From the NCBI GenBank assembly GCA_052143575.1, contig JBKQSP010000125.1, positions 3,281 to 67,280 on the forward strand: a stretch of 64,000 bases of DNA. Direction: 5' to 3'. The position numbers and the translations under genes were made by a program. The stretch comes from Acidimicrobiales bacterium (lineage in GTDB: Bacteria; Actinomycetota; Acidimicrobiia; Acidimicrobiales; Bog-793). Positions 19,378 to 28,366 of the stretch are shown here, piece after piece. Each line of letters begins with the position of its first letter. Position 1 is the first letter of the stretch. Below the pieces are notes generated by a model that searched no databases, was not told the DNA's origin, and saw only the letters and a list, made by a program, of their open reading frames with translations.

Positions 19378-20202
19378 TCAGGCGGTAGCGGTCCTCACTG
19401 CCGTGACCACCACGGCGGCGTAGTGCATCGTGAAGCTGCCCCCCGCCGCGTCGAGAGCGGCCCCGACGCCCGCCAGCAGCGCCTCGAGCTGTGCCGCCGG
19501 GAGCCCGGTGTGCCCGCCAAAGGTAGGAAGCTGGTCCAGCCACTCGTCTCGGCTGTAAGGGCGTTCCCAGTCGAATCGCCACTGCTCCGGGTCGCTGAAC
19601 ACGCCCGTCTCCCGGATACCGTTGGCCGCCCTCGTGCACAGCAAGGCGTACGGTTCCGAGGCCGGCGTTGCCCAGGGATTGAACGGCAAGTCCGGCATCA
19701 CGAGGCGATAGACGGCGGCGAAGGCTTCCGCCGTCTCGGGCGGCGCCTGCCCGGCGTTCCAGAACACGGCGAGCCGGCCAGCGGGTCGCAGCGCCTCGGC
19801 CGCCTTCGCCGCTCCCGCTACGGGGTCCACCCAGTGCCAGGTCTGCCCAGCGACGACCGCGTCGAAGGTTCGGCCGGCGGGATCCCAGGCTTCGAATGCC
19901 GCCACCTCGACGTCGAAACCGTTGCGTCGCGCCACCGCGGCCATCCGAGCGTCGACGTCGACCCCGAGCACCCGGCAGCCAATCGCTTGGAACTGACGGG
20001 CGGCGATACCAGTGCCGATGCCGACGTCGAGGACATCCGGCCCGGGGCTGGAGGCCACGATCCGCTCCACCATCGCCTCGGGATAGCTGGGCCGGGCGCG
20101 GTCGTAGCGTTCGGCCTCGGCGCCGAAGGATTCCGCCACCTGGCGGTGCTCATGAGGCGCCGGCTCGGGAACTTGCCCTCGCTCCGGCGGTATAGTGGGC
20201 AC
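19378..20202 (-). CDS. class I SAM-dependent methyltransferase
   Basis: Motif I VLDVGIGTGIAA, AFDAVVAGQTWHWV, RPAGRLAVFWN. The start is assigned to the in-frame GTG (VPTIPPERGQ...) at 20202; a downstream GTG is possible. Confidence 0.8.
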   Translation of the reverse strand: MPTIPPERGQVPEPAPHEHRQVAESFGAEAERYDRARPSYPEAMVERIVASSPGPDVLDVGIGTGIAARQFQAIGCRVLGVDVDARMAAVARRNGFDVEVAAFEAWDPAGRTFDAVVAGQTWHWVDPVAGAAKAAEALRPAGRLAVFWNAGQAPPETAEAFAAVYRLVMPDLPFNPWATPASEPYALLCTRAANGIRETGVFSDPEQWRFDWERPYSRDEWLDQLPTFGGHTGLPAAQLEALLAGVGAALDAAGGSFTMHYAAVVVTAVRTATA

Positions 20203-20230
20203 ATGCCCACTATAAATGGGCGTGCGCCCA
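20191..20230. promoter_or_regulatory. two related palindromic operators in the methyltransferase/TetR divergent region
   Basis: TATAGTGGGCA-ca-TGCCCACTATA at 20191-20214 has 11-bp perfect arms. TGGGCG-tg-CGCCCA lies at 20217-20230. The centres are 21 bp apart. Confidence 0.55.
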
Positions 20231-20273
20231 CTCGTCAATCGAGAAGGGCCGAGCGAGAGAAAGGGGGTGGAGG

Positions 20274-20873
20274 GTGCCGACGGGGGTGGCCATCCGCGAC
20301 GCCCGCGAGCAGCTCTTCGACGCCGCCGAGCGCGTCCTTGTCCGTGACGGGCCGAGCGCGCTGACAACCCGGGCCATCACCACGGAGGCAGGCTGTGCCA
20401 AGGGCGTCCTGCACCGGCATTTCACCGACCTCGACGCCTTCCTTGCCGAGCTCGTGAGGGACCGCATCGCCCGGATCGACAAGCAGGCCGCAGCCCTCAG
20501 CGACTCGGCAGGCACGGGCAGCGTCGCCGGCAACCTCACCGCAGCACTGATGACGGTCTTCGGGTCAGTCGCCCTCGTGATCATCGGCCTCGTCATCTCC
20601 CGGGACGACCTGCGCGCCCGGCTGCGCCAGGCCACGCCGACCGGTGTCCCAGTCCTGACAGAAGCGGCGGCGATGATCGCCGCCTACCTCAGCGCCGAGC
20701 GGGAGCAGGGCCGCATCTCGGCCGACGCCGACCTCGACGCGCTCGCCCCGCTGCTGATCGGCGCCGCCCACTTGCTGTTCGCCGACCGCAAGGGCATCCC
20801 GCCAGAGGCTGCCGCCGTGCGCAAGGTCGTCACCACGGCCATCGCCGGAGTCGTGCGAGACCCGCCGGTGTGA
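20274..20873 (+). CDS. TetR/AcrR-family transcriptional regulator
   Basis: GTG start after GGGGGTGGAGG. HTH LTTRAITTEAGCAKGVLHRHFTDLDAF. Confidence 0.9.
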   Translation: MPTGVAIRDAREQLFDAAERVLVRDGPSALTTRAITTEAGCAKGVLHRHFTDLDAFLAELVRDRIARIDKQAAALSDSAGTGSVAGNLTAALMTVFGSVALVIIGLVISRDDLRARLRQATPTGVPVLTEAAAMIAAYLSAEREQGRISADADLDALAPLLIGAAHLLFADRKGIPPEAAAVRKVVTTAIAGVVRDPPV

Positions 20874-20939
20874 ACGACATCACGTACGGAGGCGGCCCTG
20901 GCGACGGCGACGGCGGGAACCCGCCAGGTGAGCGACACA

Positions 20940-21596
20940 CTAGGTGTTGCGCGGCAACTGGCTGCGTCCCCGTTGCCGCTTGCGGCTCACCGCCCGATGG
21001 CGGCGGCGGACCTCGTCGATGATGTCGCCGTAGTCACCGGACACGTCGCTCGGCACCCGCCAGACGTCGACGGTGCCGAGGAGGCCGAGGGCGCGGATGT
21101 GGACGGTCGGCGCATCCCGCCCGGCGACGTCACGCCCCCAGTCACGGCGATGACCGAAGATCGTGAGACCGCCGACGTCGACGTCGATCCCCTCTGGGAC
21201 GTAGACGTCGACGTTGCCGAGAACGGCAAGCACGGAGAGCGACGTTCGGGGCTTTTCGATCGAGGCTTCGCGCAGATCCAGGTCGATGTCGGCGAAGACG
21301 CTGATCGCTGTCGTCCGTCGGCGCAACCGAATGCGACCCCGGCGGACGACGTGACCGAAGATCGCCATCGTGACCCGGGTTGGCTTGCGGTGCGAGGTCG
21401 GCGGCCCGAGCGTGGAAAGGGCAGGCAGATCCCGTTGCACGGTGGTGAGATCACTGATCACCTGGGCTCGAAGGGCCAGTCCGGCGCGCTCTGAGAACTC
21501 CTCGAGCGTGAGGCGTCCGTCGAGGAGATGGTCCCGCAAGGAGACCACCGCCTGTTCCCGTTCGGCCTCCGAGACGCGATAGGAGCTCTCGTCCAT
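20940..21596 (-). CDS. DUF1707 domain protein
   Basis: MDESSYRVSEAEREQAVVSLRDHLLDGRLTLEEFSERAGLALRA is the DUF1707 signature. The C-terminal half is beta-rich and repetitive (VDVYVPEGIDVDVGG). Confidence 0.75.
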   Translation of the reverse strand: MDESSYRVSEAEREQAVVSLRDHLLDGRLTLEEFSERAGLALRAQVISDLTTVQRDLPALSTLGPPTSHRKPTRVTMAIFGHVVRRGRIRLRRRTTAISVFADIDLDLREASIEKPRTSLSVLAVLGNVDVYVPEGIDVDVGGLTIFGHRRDWGRDVAGRDAPTVHIRALGLLGTVDVWRVPSDVSGDYGDIIDEVRRRHRAVSRKRQRGRSQLPRNT

Positions 21597-21681
21597 TGCT
21601 GCCAGATTAGGGACTACGCGCCGGTCCGGCGAGGTCGGAGGTGCCGAGCCGAGAAGCGCTTTCGGGTGCTCAGATGAGGGG

Positions 21682-22227
21682 ATGGACAGCACTGAGGCCG
21701 CCGAGCCAAGCGGCGACACGAGGAGCGACCGCTGGTTCATCCGTCTCGCACGACTCGTCGTGCCCGAGGAGAACCCCGCCGGCGTCGTCTACGGGACGAT
21801 CGTCGCAGGTGCCCTCTTGGCCGCCGAGGCACCTCGGCACGAGACGCTGCCGTCGACGGCCGGCGCCGTCGTCGTGTCGCTCGCCCTCTACTGGATCGCC
21901 CACACGTACGCGCACAACGCCGGAGATCGCGCCCAGACCGGGTCCCCGTGGACCGTGTCGAGGCTCCTCAAGTCGGCGGGCCACGAGTTCAACATCATCA
22001 AGGGAGCACTCGTGCCCCTCCTCGTGCTCTTGATGGCCTGGGCGATTGGTGCCGGCACGTCGACCGCCGTGCGGTGCGCCCTCGTGAGCTCGGTCGTGAT
22101 GCTCTTTCTCGTCGAGCTGACGGCCGCCCTGCGATCGAGTCGCCGGCCGGCGTCGGTGGTTCTCGGTGTCCTCGTCAGTGTCCTGCTCGGCCTCGGTGTG
22201 CTGACCGTGAACGTCCTGTTGCACTGA
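21682..22227 (+). CDS. hypothetical integral membrane protein (181 aa)
   Basis: Four hydrophobic segments, for example VVYGTIVAGALLAA, AVVVSLALYWIAH, ALVPLLVLLMAWAIGA, VVLGVLVSVLLGLGVLTV. Confidence 0.6.
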   Translation: MDSTEAAEPSGDTRSDRWFIRLARLVVPEENPAGVVYGTIVAGALLAAEAPRHETLPSTAGAVVVSLALYWIAHTYAHNAGDRAQTGSPWTVSRLLKSAGHEFNIIKGALVPLLVLLMAWAIGAGTSTAVRCALVSSVVMLFLVELTAALRSSRRPASVVLGVLVSVLLGLGVLTVNVLLH

Positions 22228-22269
22228 GGCGAGGGCAAGCTCGCTCGACCCGTGAATCGGCACTCGGCG

Positions 22270-22314
22270 CCAGAATCAGTGCGGCCAGAATCAGTGCGGC
22301 CAGAATCAGTGCGG
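22270..22314. repeat. perfect 15-bp x 3 tandem repeat (CCAGAATCAGTGCGG)
   Basis: Three identical head-to-tail copies at 22270-22284, 22285-22299 and 22300-22314, 20 nt upstream of the next gene start. Confidence 0.95.
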
Positions 22315-22333
22315 TTCGTGCAAGGCTGGTCGC

Positions 22334-23110
22334 GTGGCCGAATTCACGAGCGAGAATCTGATCGGCTCGCTGTTCGAGGACGTTTACCTGACAAGCGCTC
22401 GGTTCCGCAACGTCGATCTCAGCAACGCCCGCTTCGACTCGGTCGATCTGACGGGGGTCGTGATCCGTGGCGCAGCCCTCGTGAACGTGGACCTGAGTGG
22501 CGAGATCGAGAACCTGCGCGTCAACGGCGTCGACGTCGTACCGCTCGTGGAGGCGGAGCTCAACCGTCGCTACCCGGACCGCGCCAAGATGCGGCCGGCC
22601 GATGCCGATGGGTTCCGCGAAGCGTGGGACGTCCTCGAGCGGCTGTGGCGGGGGAGCGTCGAGCGAGCACAACGGATGTCCCCGGCGTCGCTCCACGAGC
22701 GGGTGGAGGGAGAGTGGTCCTTTATCGAGACGCTGCGCCATCTCGTCTTCGCCACCGATGCCTGGGTGAAGCGTGCAATCCTGGGGGAGCCGTCACCCTG
22801 GGATGCGCTCGACCTTTCCCACGACGAGATGCCCGACGAGCCCGGCGTACCGCGCGACCGCGGTGCGCGGCCGTCGCTGGACGACGTGCTCGCCCTGCGC
22901 GCCGACCGCATGGCCACCGTAGGCGCCGTGATCACTGACCTCACCGACGAGAAGCTGGCCGGCGTCACCGAACCCGTTACGGAGCCGGGCTACCCCGAGC
23001 CGGAGAGCTTCGCCGTGCGCAGATGCCTCGAGGTGATCCTCAACGAGGAGTGGGAGCACCGTTTGTACGCCGAACGGGACTTGGACGTGCTGGAGTCCCG
23101 CTCGTCCTGA
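22334..23110 (+). CDS. pentapeptide-repeat / DinB-family fusion protein
   Basis: N-terminus FEDVYLTSARFRNVDLSNARFDSVDLTGVVIRGAALVNVDLSG is made of pentapeptide repeats. The C-terminus WSFIETLRHLVFATDAWV...EEWEHRLYAERDL resembles the DinB four-helix bundle. Confidence 0.75.
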   Translation: MAEFTSENLIGSLFEDVYLTSARFRNVDLSNARFDSVDLTGVVIRGAALVNVDLSGEIENLRVNGVDVVPLVEAELNRRYPDRAKMRPADADGFREAWDVLERLWRGSVERAQRMSPASLHERVEGEWSFIETLRHLVFATDAWVKRAILGEPSPWDALDLSHDEMPDEPGVPRDRGARPSLDDVLALRADRMATVGAVITDLTDEKLAGVTEPVTEPGYPEPESFAVRRCLEVILNEEWEHRLYAERDLDVLESRSS

Positions 23111-23157
23111 CCGGCGGGGGACCGCGAGGCGTCGTTCGCCCGGTGTCACGGTCGCCG

Positions 23158-24183
23158 CTACGACCGTCCCGCAACGAGCGGGCGACCTGTCGGCTCGTTC
23201 CAGTCGATGAGCGGACCGGCTGGGACGATGCGGGAGGGATTGAGATGACCGTGGGTGACGTAGTAATGGCGCTTGATCTGATCGAACCTCGTTGTCGAGG
23301 AGAAGGCCGGGTTCCGGTAGAGGTCTCGGGCGTAGTCCCAGAGCGCCGGGTAGTCGACGACTCGGCGCAGGTTGACCTTGAAGTGCGAGTAGTAGACGGC
23401 GTCGAAGCGGGCAAGCGTGACCCACAGGCGGACGTCGCTCTCGGTGATCTCGTCACCGAACAGGTATCGCTGACCGGCGAGACGCTCCTCGATCTGATCG
23501 AGCGTCGCGAAGACACGCTCCACGTTGCGCTCGTATTGCTGCTGTGAGCCTGCGAAGCCGGTGCGGTACACGCCGTCGTTGACGGTTTCGTAGATGGTCT
23601 CGTTGACGGCGTCGATCTCGGGGCGAAGCGCAGGCGGGTAGAGCTCGAGCGGCGACGCCGCCCACGCCGTGAACTGCGAGCCGAGGTCCAGGCTGATGTC
23701 GGGGAAGTTGTTGCTCACGATCCGAGAGGTCGACTTGTCCCACAGCACCGGGACCGAGACGTGGCCGTCGTAGTCCGGATCGGTCGCCAGGTATGCCTCT
23801 TTCAAGAAGCGGAAGCCGTTCACCGGATCCGGCCCGCACCCGGCGACCTCACGAAACGCCCAGCCGCGCCCGTCACGGATCGGGTCGACGGCAGAGAGCG
23901 AAACGACCTCCTCGATCCCGACGAGCGCCCGCACGATGGCGCTGCGGTGGGCCCACGGGCAGGCCCAGGAGATGTAGAGGTGGTAGCGCCCCGGCTCGGC
24001 CGGGTAGCCGCTCGACCCGTCAGCGGTGATCCGACCCTGAAAGCGGTACTTCGGCCGCTGGAAGGCGGCAGGGTCAGCCGGCGAGGGCGACCACGCCGCG
24101 GAGGGCGACAGCTTCGGCGTGGGTGGCGCATAGTCGCCGAACGTCTCGAAGTCGACAGGGTCGGCCAGGTTGGTGACGGTCAC
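23158..24183 (-). CDS. glutathionyl-hydroquinone reductase (Xi-class GST, YqjG/ECM4-like)
   Basis: GRYHLYISWACPWAHRSAIVRAL contains the CPWA active-site motif. VPVLWDKSTSRIVSNNFPDI. GTG start is preceded by GGAGG. Confidence 0.85.
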   Translation of the reverse strand: MTVTNLADPVDFETFGDYAPPTPKLSPSAAWSPSPADPAAFQRPKYRFQGRITADGSSGYPAEPGRYHLYISWACPWAHRSAIVRALVGIEEVVSLSAVDPIRDGRGWAFREVAGCGPDPVNGFRFLKEAYLATDPDYDGHVSVPVLWDKSTSRIVSNNFPDISLDLGSQFTAWAASPLELYPPALRPEIDAVNETIYETVNDGVYRTGFAGSQQQYERNVERVFATLDQIEERLAGQRYLFGDEITESDVRLWVTLARFDAVYYSHFKVNLRRVVDYPALWDYARDLYRNPAFSSTTRFDQIKRHYYVTHGHLNPSRIVPAGPLIDWNEPTGRPLVAGRS

Positions 24184-24295
24184 GTTGGTGCCTCCATGGG
24201 ATGTGCTCTGCACAGAATGCCAGAGCACGGCGAGCCTCAGTGCGGGTCCGGCGGCCCGCCGGCTGGAGCGTGACCCGACTGCCTGACAGCTCGAA

Positions 24296-24682
24296 GTGGC
24301 GGCACGCCTGCGACCGCCTCCTTGTAGCCTGCAGCCAGTGTCAGACGCAGTGAAGATCGGGCTCGCCGGCGCCATCGTCGTCGCCGTAGGTCGCATGGCG
24401 GCCATGGGGCGGTTGCCCCGCAACGTCCTTGTCGGTATCCGCATCCCCTCGACGATGCGCAGCGACGAGGCGTGGCGGGCCGGCCACCTCGCAGCGGCTT
24501 CGGCGTTGACGGCTGCTGGCGCCGGTCCCGTTGTCGCCGCCGTCGCCGTGGCGGTGAAGCGCCCGGGCCAGCAAACTCAGACGCTTTTCTCCCGAGTCGC
24601 CACAGCGTGGCTCCTTGCCTGGGTCGGGGTGGCGATAGTGCAGGCGAGGCGAGCAGCGAGGGCGACAGAGACTCGTCCCTAG
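24296..24682 (+). CDS. SdpI/YhfL-like small membrane protein
   Basis: VGIRIPSTMRSDEAWRAGH motif between hydrophobic helices. Start is uncertain (GTG 24296 or GTG 24350). Confidence 0.55.
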   Translation: MAARLRPPPCSLQPVSDAVKIGLAGAIVVAVGRMAAMGRLPRNVLVGIRIPSTMRSDEAWRAGHLAAASALTAAGAGPVVAAVAVAVKRPGQQTQTLFSRVATAWLLAWVGVAIVQARRAARATETRP

Positions 24683-24699
24683 GCTGGTGTGCCTTGGAG

Positions 24700-25425
24700 A
24701 TGGACAGCTTCGTGCCGTGGTCGATCATCGCCCGGAACCTGCCCGAGCATGCACGTAACCCGATCCACACCGATGCGGGCGCCCAGGCGGCGGGTTTCGG
24801 GCGGGCGCTCGTCGCCGGCGTGACCTCCTATGCCTACTGCTGCCATCCCGTCATCGAACGATTCGGGCTCGACTGGGTGGCTTCCGGCGAGGCGGAGGTC
24901 CGCTTCGTCTCCCCGGTCGCCGACGGGGACGAGCTGTTCTTCCGCGTCGCGGGACGGAGCGACGGCGGTCTCGACGTCACGGCCACAAGTGCTCCCGGGG
25001 GTGCGCCCGCAGTGACGCTGTCGGCCTGGCGGGGCCATCGCACCAGCTTCCGACCGCAGACAGGAGAAGCGCTCACGCCTGTCGCCGCCCGCCTTGAGGG
25101 TGAGTACGGCTCGGACTACGCCGCTCGCGCCGGGGACGCCCAACCGGACTGTGCGGTTGCGGGCGTCGTCCACCCGGCGGTCTGGCCGGCGCTGGCGAAT
25201 TCCGTCTTTCACAGCCAGCTCGCCCGCGGTTCGTGGATTCATGTGCGCAGCGGCATCCGGCACTTCGGCCTGGCCCCCGCCGGTGCCGAGGCCGAGGTGT
25301 CGACCGTCGTGGTGCGCCGCTTTCAACGCCGCGGTGAGCGAGCCGTTGCCGAGGTGATCATCCGGGTCGACGGTGCGATCGTCGCCGTCCTCGAGCACGA
25401 AGCCATCGTCGACGTTGGCCACTAG
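24700..25425 (+). CDS. MaoC-like (hot-dog fold) dehydratase family protein
   Basis: ATG at 24700. ARNPIHTDAGAQAAGFGRALVAGVTSYAY is the MaoC signature. Length suggests a double hot-dog. Confidence 0.8.
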   Translation: MDSFVPWSIIARNLPEHARNPIHTDAGAQAAGFGRALVAGVTSYAYCCHPVIERFGLDWVASGEAEVRFVSPVADGDELFFRVAGRSDGGLDVTATSAPGGAPAVTLSAWRGHRTSFRPQTGEALTPVAARLEGEYGSDYAARAGDAQPDCAVAGVVHPAVWPALANSVFHSQLARGSWIHVRSGIRHFGLAPAGAEAEVSTVVVRRFQRRGERAVAEVIIRVDGAIVAVLEHEAIVDVGH

Positions 25426-25485
25426 GAATTGATCGAATCCTCCGCGCCGGCGTGAGCTGGGTCGGAGAACCGCCCGGCCGGTTCG

Positions 25486-26661
25486 CTACGAATGAGTTGC
25501 TTCGCCGCCGGGGTGCTCGGCGCCGGGAGAGCCGCCCATCATCTTCAGCATCGGCATGCCGCCGCTTCGCACGAATCGCACGAGGAGGCCGGTCGCAAGA
25601 AGCAGGAAGACGATGTTGAGAACGGTCGTGTAGTTCCACCGGATCGCCGCCTCGACGACCTTGGCATGACGCCCCCTCGGGGCGAGACCGAGTCCTCCGA
25701 ACAGCAGCTCCACGAGGTAGCCCGCTGCCGCCATTGTCAGGTAGAAGGTGCCCAGGATGAACAGCATCATGCGGGTGCCGTAGTACTTCCGGTAGATGAC
25801 GAGGATCGGGAGAATGATCAGGTCGGCGAAGATGAAGGCCACGACGCCGCCGAAGCTGATGCCGCCGTTCCACAACACGCCTGCGAGGGGGACGTTGCCG
25901 ATCGAGCAGACGAAGCTCAGCATGCTGACGAGCGGGCCGATCAGCGGTCCCCACAGCTTGGCAAGGGCCGGATGCCCGACGAGGAAGAGGTGCTGCCAGA
26001 AGCGGTTCGGCACCCATGCTGCGATGGCGCCCGCCATGAGCAGGCCGGCGACGACGTCGCGGATGACGGCCGCCCACTCCATGACGAAGATGTGCGACAC
26101 CGCCGTGACGCCTCGAGGGGAGCGGAGTCGCTGCCACGTGCTGCCGCCGCCCGGGATGCTCATGTCCATGGCAGCGTGGCCCTCCATCGACCCCGCCAGG
26201 CCCTTGTCGGATTGAGCCTTGGCGGAGCTGAGAAGGCGCCCGCGCAACAAGAGCCGGAAGGCAATGGCGAGCAGGACGATCATGAGCGGTCCGCCGACGA
26301 ATTCAGCGAGCGTGAACTGCCATCCGATGAGGAGGGCCAAGATGATGCCGAGCTCCACGACGAGGTTGGTGGAGGCAATCTCAAAGGCCATGGCGGCGGT
26401 GAAGCTGGCTCCCGTGCGAAAGAGCGCCCGCGCAAGGGCGACGGCGGCGTACGAGCACGACGACGACGCCGTCCCGAGACCCGTGGCGATGGCCAACGTC
26501 CTCGGGCGATCGTCGCCGAGCAGTCGAACGACGGTGCTGCGACGGACGACGGCCTGCACGAGGGCCGACAGTCCGAAGCCGAGTATGAGCGCCCACAGGA
26601 TCTCCCAGGTCATCGAGCCGCTGATGGCGAGGGCGTGACCCATGGCGTGCAGCCACCTCAT
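25486..26661 (-). CDS. predicted permease (PF03773/ArsP-like family), likely metal or metalloid related
   Basis: About 10 TM segments. Conserved Cys motifs GTASSSCSYAAV and SFVCSIGNVPLAGVLW. Immediately downstream of csoR. Confidence 0.75.
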   Translation of the reverse strand: MRWLHAMGHALAISGSMTWEILWALILGFGLSALVQAVVRRSTVVRLLGDDRPRTLAIATGLGTASSSCSYAAVALARALFRTGASFTAAMAFEIASTNLVVELGIILALLIGWQFTLAEFVGGPLMIVLLAIAFRLLLRGRLLSSAKAQSDKGLAGSMEGHAAMDMSIPGGGSTWQRLRSPRGVTAVSHIFVMEWAAVIRDVVAGLLMAGAIAAWVPNRFWQHLFLVGHPALAKLWGPLIGPLVSMLSFVCSIGNVPLAGVLWNGGISFGGVVAFIFADLIILPILVIYRKYYGTRMMLFILGTFYLTMAAAGYLVELLFGGLGLAPRGRHAKVVEAAIRWNYTTVLNIVFLLLATGLLVRFVRSGGMPMLKMMGGSPGAEHPGGEATHS

Positions 26662-26695
26662 GGAGCCCTGCCGGGGCGGGGTGGCCTCGAGGGGT

Positions 26696-26977
26696 TCATG
26701 AGCGCACCAACCTCTCGATGGCGTCGCGTGCCTCCCGCACCTTCGCGTCGGCCGTCGGGCCTCCCGTTCCGACGGCGTCCTGCACGCAGTGAGACACGTG
26801 CTCGCCGAGCAGTTCGAGGGCGACCGATTGCAGCGCCTTGCTGGCCGCCGAGATCTGCGTGAGGACGTCGATGCAGTAGGCGTCCTCGCCGACCATGCGT
26901 TGCAGTCCTCGGATCTGGCCTTCCACGCGCCGCAGCCGTTTCAACACGTCGTCCTTGTGGTCCGAGTAGCCGGCCAT
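26696..26977 (-). CDS. csoR: CsoR/RcnR-family metal-sensing repressor
   Basis: MAGYSDHKDDVLKRLRRVEGQIRGLQRMVGEDAYCIDVLTQISAASKALQSVALELLGEHVSHC. This shows a C...H-x3-C ligand pattern. RBS is GAGGAGG. Confidence 0.9.
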   Translation of the reverse strand: MAGYSDHKDDVLKRLRRVEGQIRGLQRMVGEDAYCIDVLTQISAASKALQSVALELLGEHVSHCVQDAVGTGGPTADAKVREARDAIERLVRS

Positions 26978-27015
26978 GTCCTGTGCCTCCTCGCTCCTCC
27001 TCTTCGTCCCGCAGT

Positions 27016-27032
27016 ATACCCCCCTAGGGTAT
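27016..27032. promoter_or_regulatory. CsoR-box-like palindrome
   Basis: ATACCC-ccCTA-GGGTAT lies 39 nt upstream of the csoR start. Its G/C-tract core is typical of CsoR operators. Confidence 0.55.
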
Positions 27033-27143
27033 TGAGAGGAGCCGTCGACGGTGTGATTGCAGACCCCGCTGCCCGGCGCGAAGCTTCTCGATCTCGGCAA
27101 GCGTCTTGGCGAGCGGGCTGCAGCCCACGATCGGAGGCCTCAC

Positions 27144-28343
27144 ATGCGCATCTCCCGGCTGGCGGGCGCTTGCGCCCTTGTCGCCGCAGCAGCCATGGCC
27201 GTGCCGGCCCTGACCGCCACGACGTCGGCAGCCGCCGCCGGCCCTCGCACGACGCCGATCGGCAAGCAGCTGGCGGAGCTGAGGGGGAAGGACACCGTCG
27301 CCCGCGACGACTTCGGCTTCGCGGTGGCTCTTTCCGGTAGCACGGCCGTCGTCGGTGCGGTCAACCACGCCGGAGGCGAAGGCGGGGCGTACGTGTTCAG
27401 CGAGACGAAGGGCAAATGGCACCAGGTTGCCGAGCTGGAGGGTTCCGACACCGTTGCCGGTGACAGCTTCGGTTCCTCGGTCGCCGTCTCGGGAACGATC
27501 GCCGTCGTGGGGGCGCCGAACCACGACACCTACACCGGTTCGGCCTACGTGTTCAGCGAGACGAAGGGCGCCTGGAAGCAGGTTGCCGAGTTGGAAGGCG
27601 CCGACTCGGCTCGCTTCGACGTATTCGGCTCCTCGGTGGCCGTCTCGGGCACGACCGTCGTCGTCGGTGCGGTCGGCCACAAAGGAGCGGCCGGCGGCGT
27701 GTACGTGTTCGGCGAGACGAAGGGCAAATGGCACCAGGTTGCCGAGCTGGAGGGCTCCGACACCGCCGTTCTGGACCACTTCGGCTTCTCGGTGGCCGTC
27801 TCGGGCACCACGGCCGTCGTCGGCGCCCCCGAGCATGCCAAGAACACGGGCCGGGCCTACGTGTTCAGCGAGACGAAGGGCGCCTGGAAGCAGGTTGCAG
27901 AGGTGAAAGGCTCAGACACCGGCCCGAGCGACTACTTCGGCTACTCGGTGGCGGTGTCGGGCACGATCGCCGTCGTGAGCTCCGACGACCACCGGCAGGG
28001 TGCCGGTCGCGCCTACGTGTTCAGCCAGCGCAAGGCCAGCTGGAAGCAGACGGCGGAGCTGAAGGGAGGCGACACCGTCTCTCCCGACCATTTCGGTTAC
28101 TCGGTCGCCGTCTCGGGCACGACCGCTGTCGTGGGTGCGGAAAACCATGCCAAGGAGGCCGGGCGGGCGTACGTGTTCAGCGAGACGAAGGGCGCCTGGA
28201 AGCAGGTTGCCGAGCTGAAGGGTTCCGACACCGCCGCCGGCGACGTCTTCGGCGCATCGGTCGCTGTCTCGGGAGTCACGGCCCTCGTCGGAGCCTATGG
28301 CCACGGCGATCTGGCCGGTCGGGCCTATGTGTTCGAGGCCTGA
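27144..28343 (+). CDS. secreted seven-bladed FG-GAP-type beta-propeller protein
   Basis: GGAGG RBS. Signal peptide MRISRLAGACALVAAAAMAVPALTA. Seven 52-aa units follow the pattern AYVFSETKGAWKQVAEL.GSD...D.FG.SVAVSG.T.VVGAP.H. Confidence 0.85.
   Translation: MRISRLAGACALVAAAAMAVPALTATTSAAAAGPRTTPIGKQLAELRGKDTVARDDFGFAVALSGSTAVVGAVNHAGGEGGAYVFSETKGKWHQVAELEGSDTVAGDSFGSSVAVSGTIAVVGAPNHDTYTGSAYVFSETKGAWKQVAELEGADSARFDVFGSSVAVSGTTVVVGAVGHKGAAGGVYVFGETKGKWHQVAELEGSDTAVLDHFGFSVAVSGTTAVVGAPEHAKNTGRAYVFSETKGAWKQVAEVKGSDTGPSDYFGYSVAVSGTIAVVSSDDHRQGAGRAYVFSQRKASWKQTAELKGGDTVSPDHFGYSVAVSGTTAVVGAENHAKEAGRAYVFSETKGAWKQVAELKGSDTAAGDVFGASVAVSGVTALVGAYGHGDLAGRAYVFEA
27234..28343 (+). repeat. in-frame 156-bp tandem repeat, about 7 units, inside the propeller gene
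   Basis: The TAC of the AYVF motif recurs at 27390, 27546, 27702, 27858, 28014, 28170 and 28326, an exact 156-nt spacing. A 45-nt stretch is identical between the units at 27546 and 28170. Confidence 0.9.
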
Positions 28344-28366
28344 GGCCCCGACCCCGGCGTCATCGG

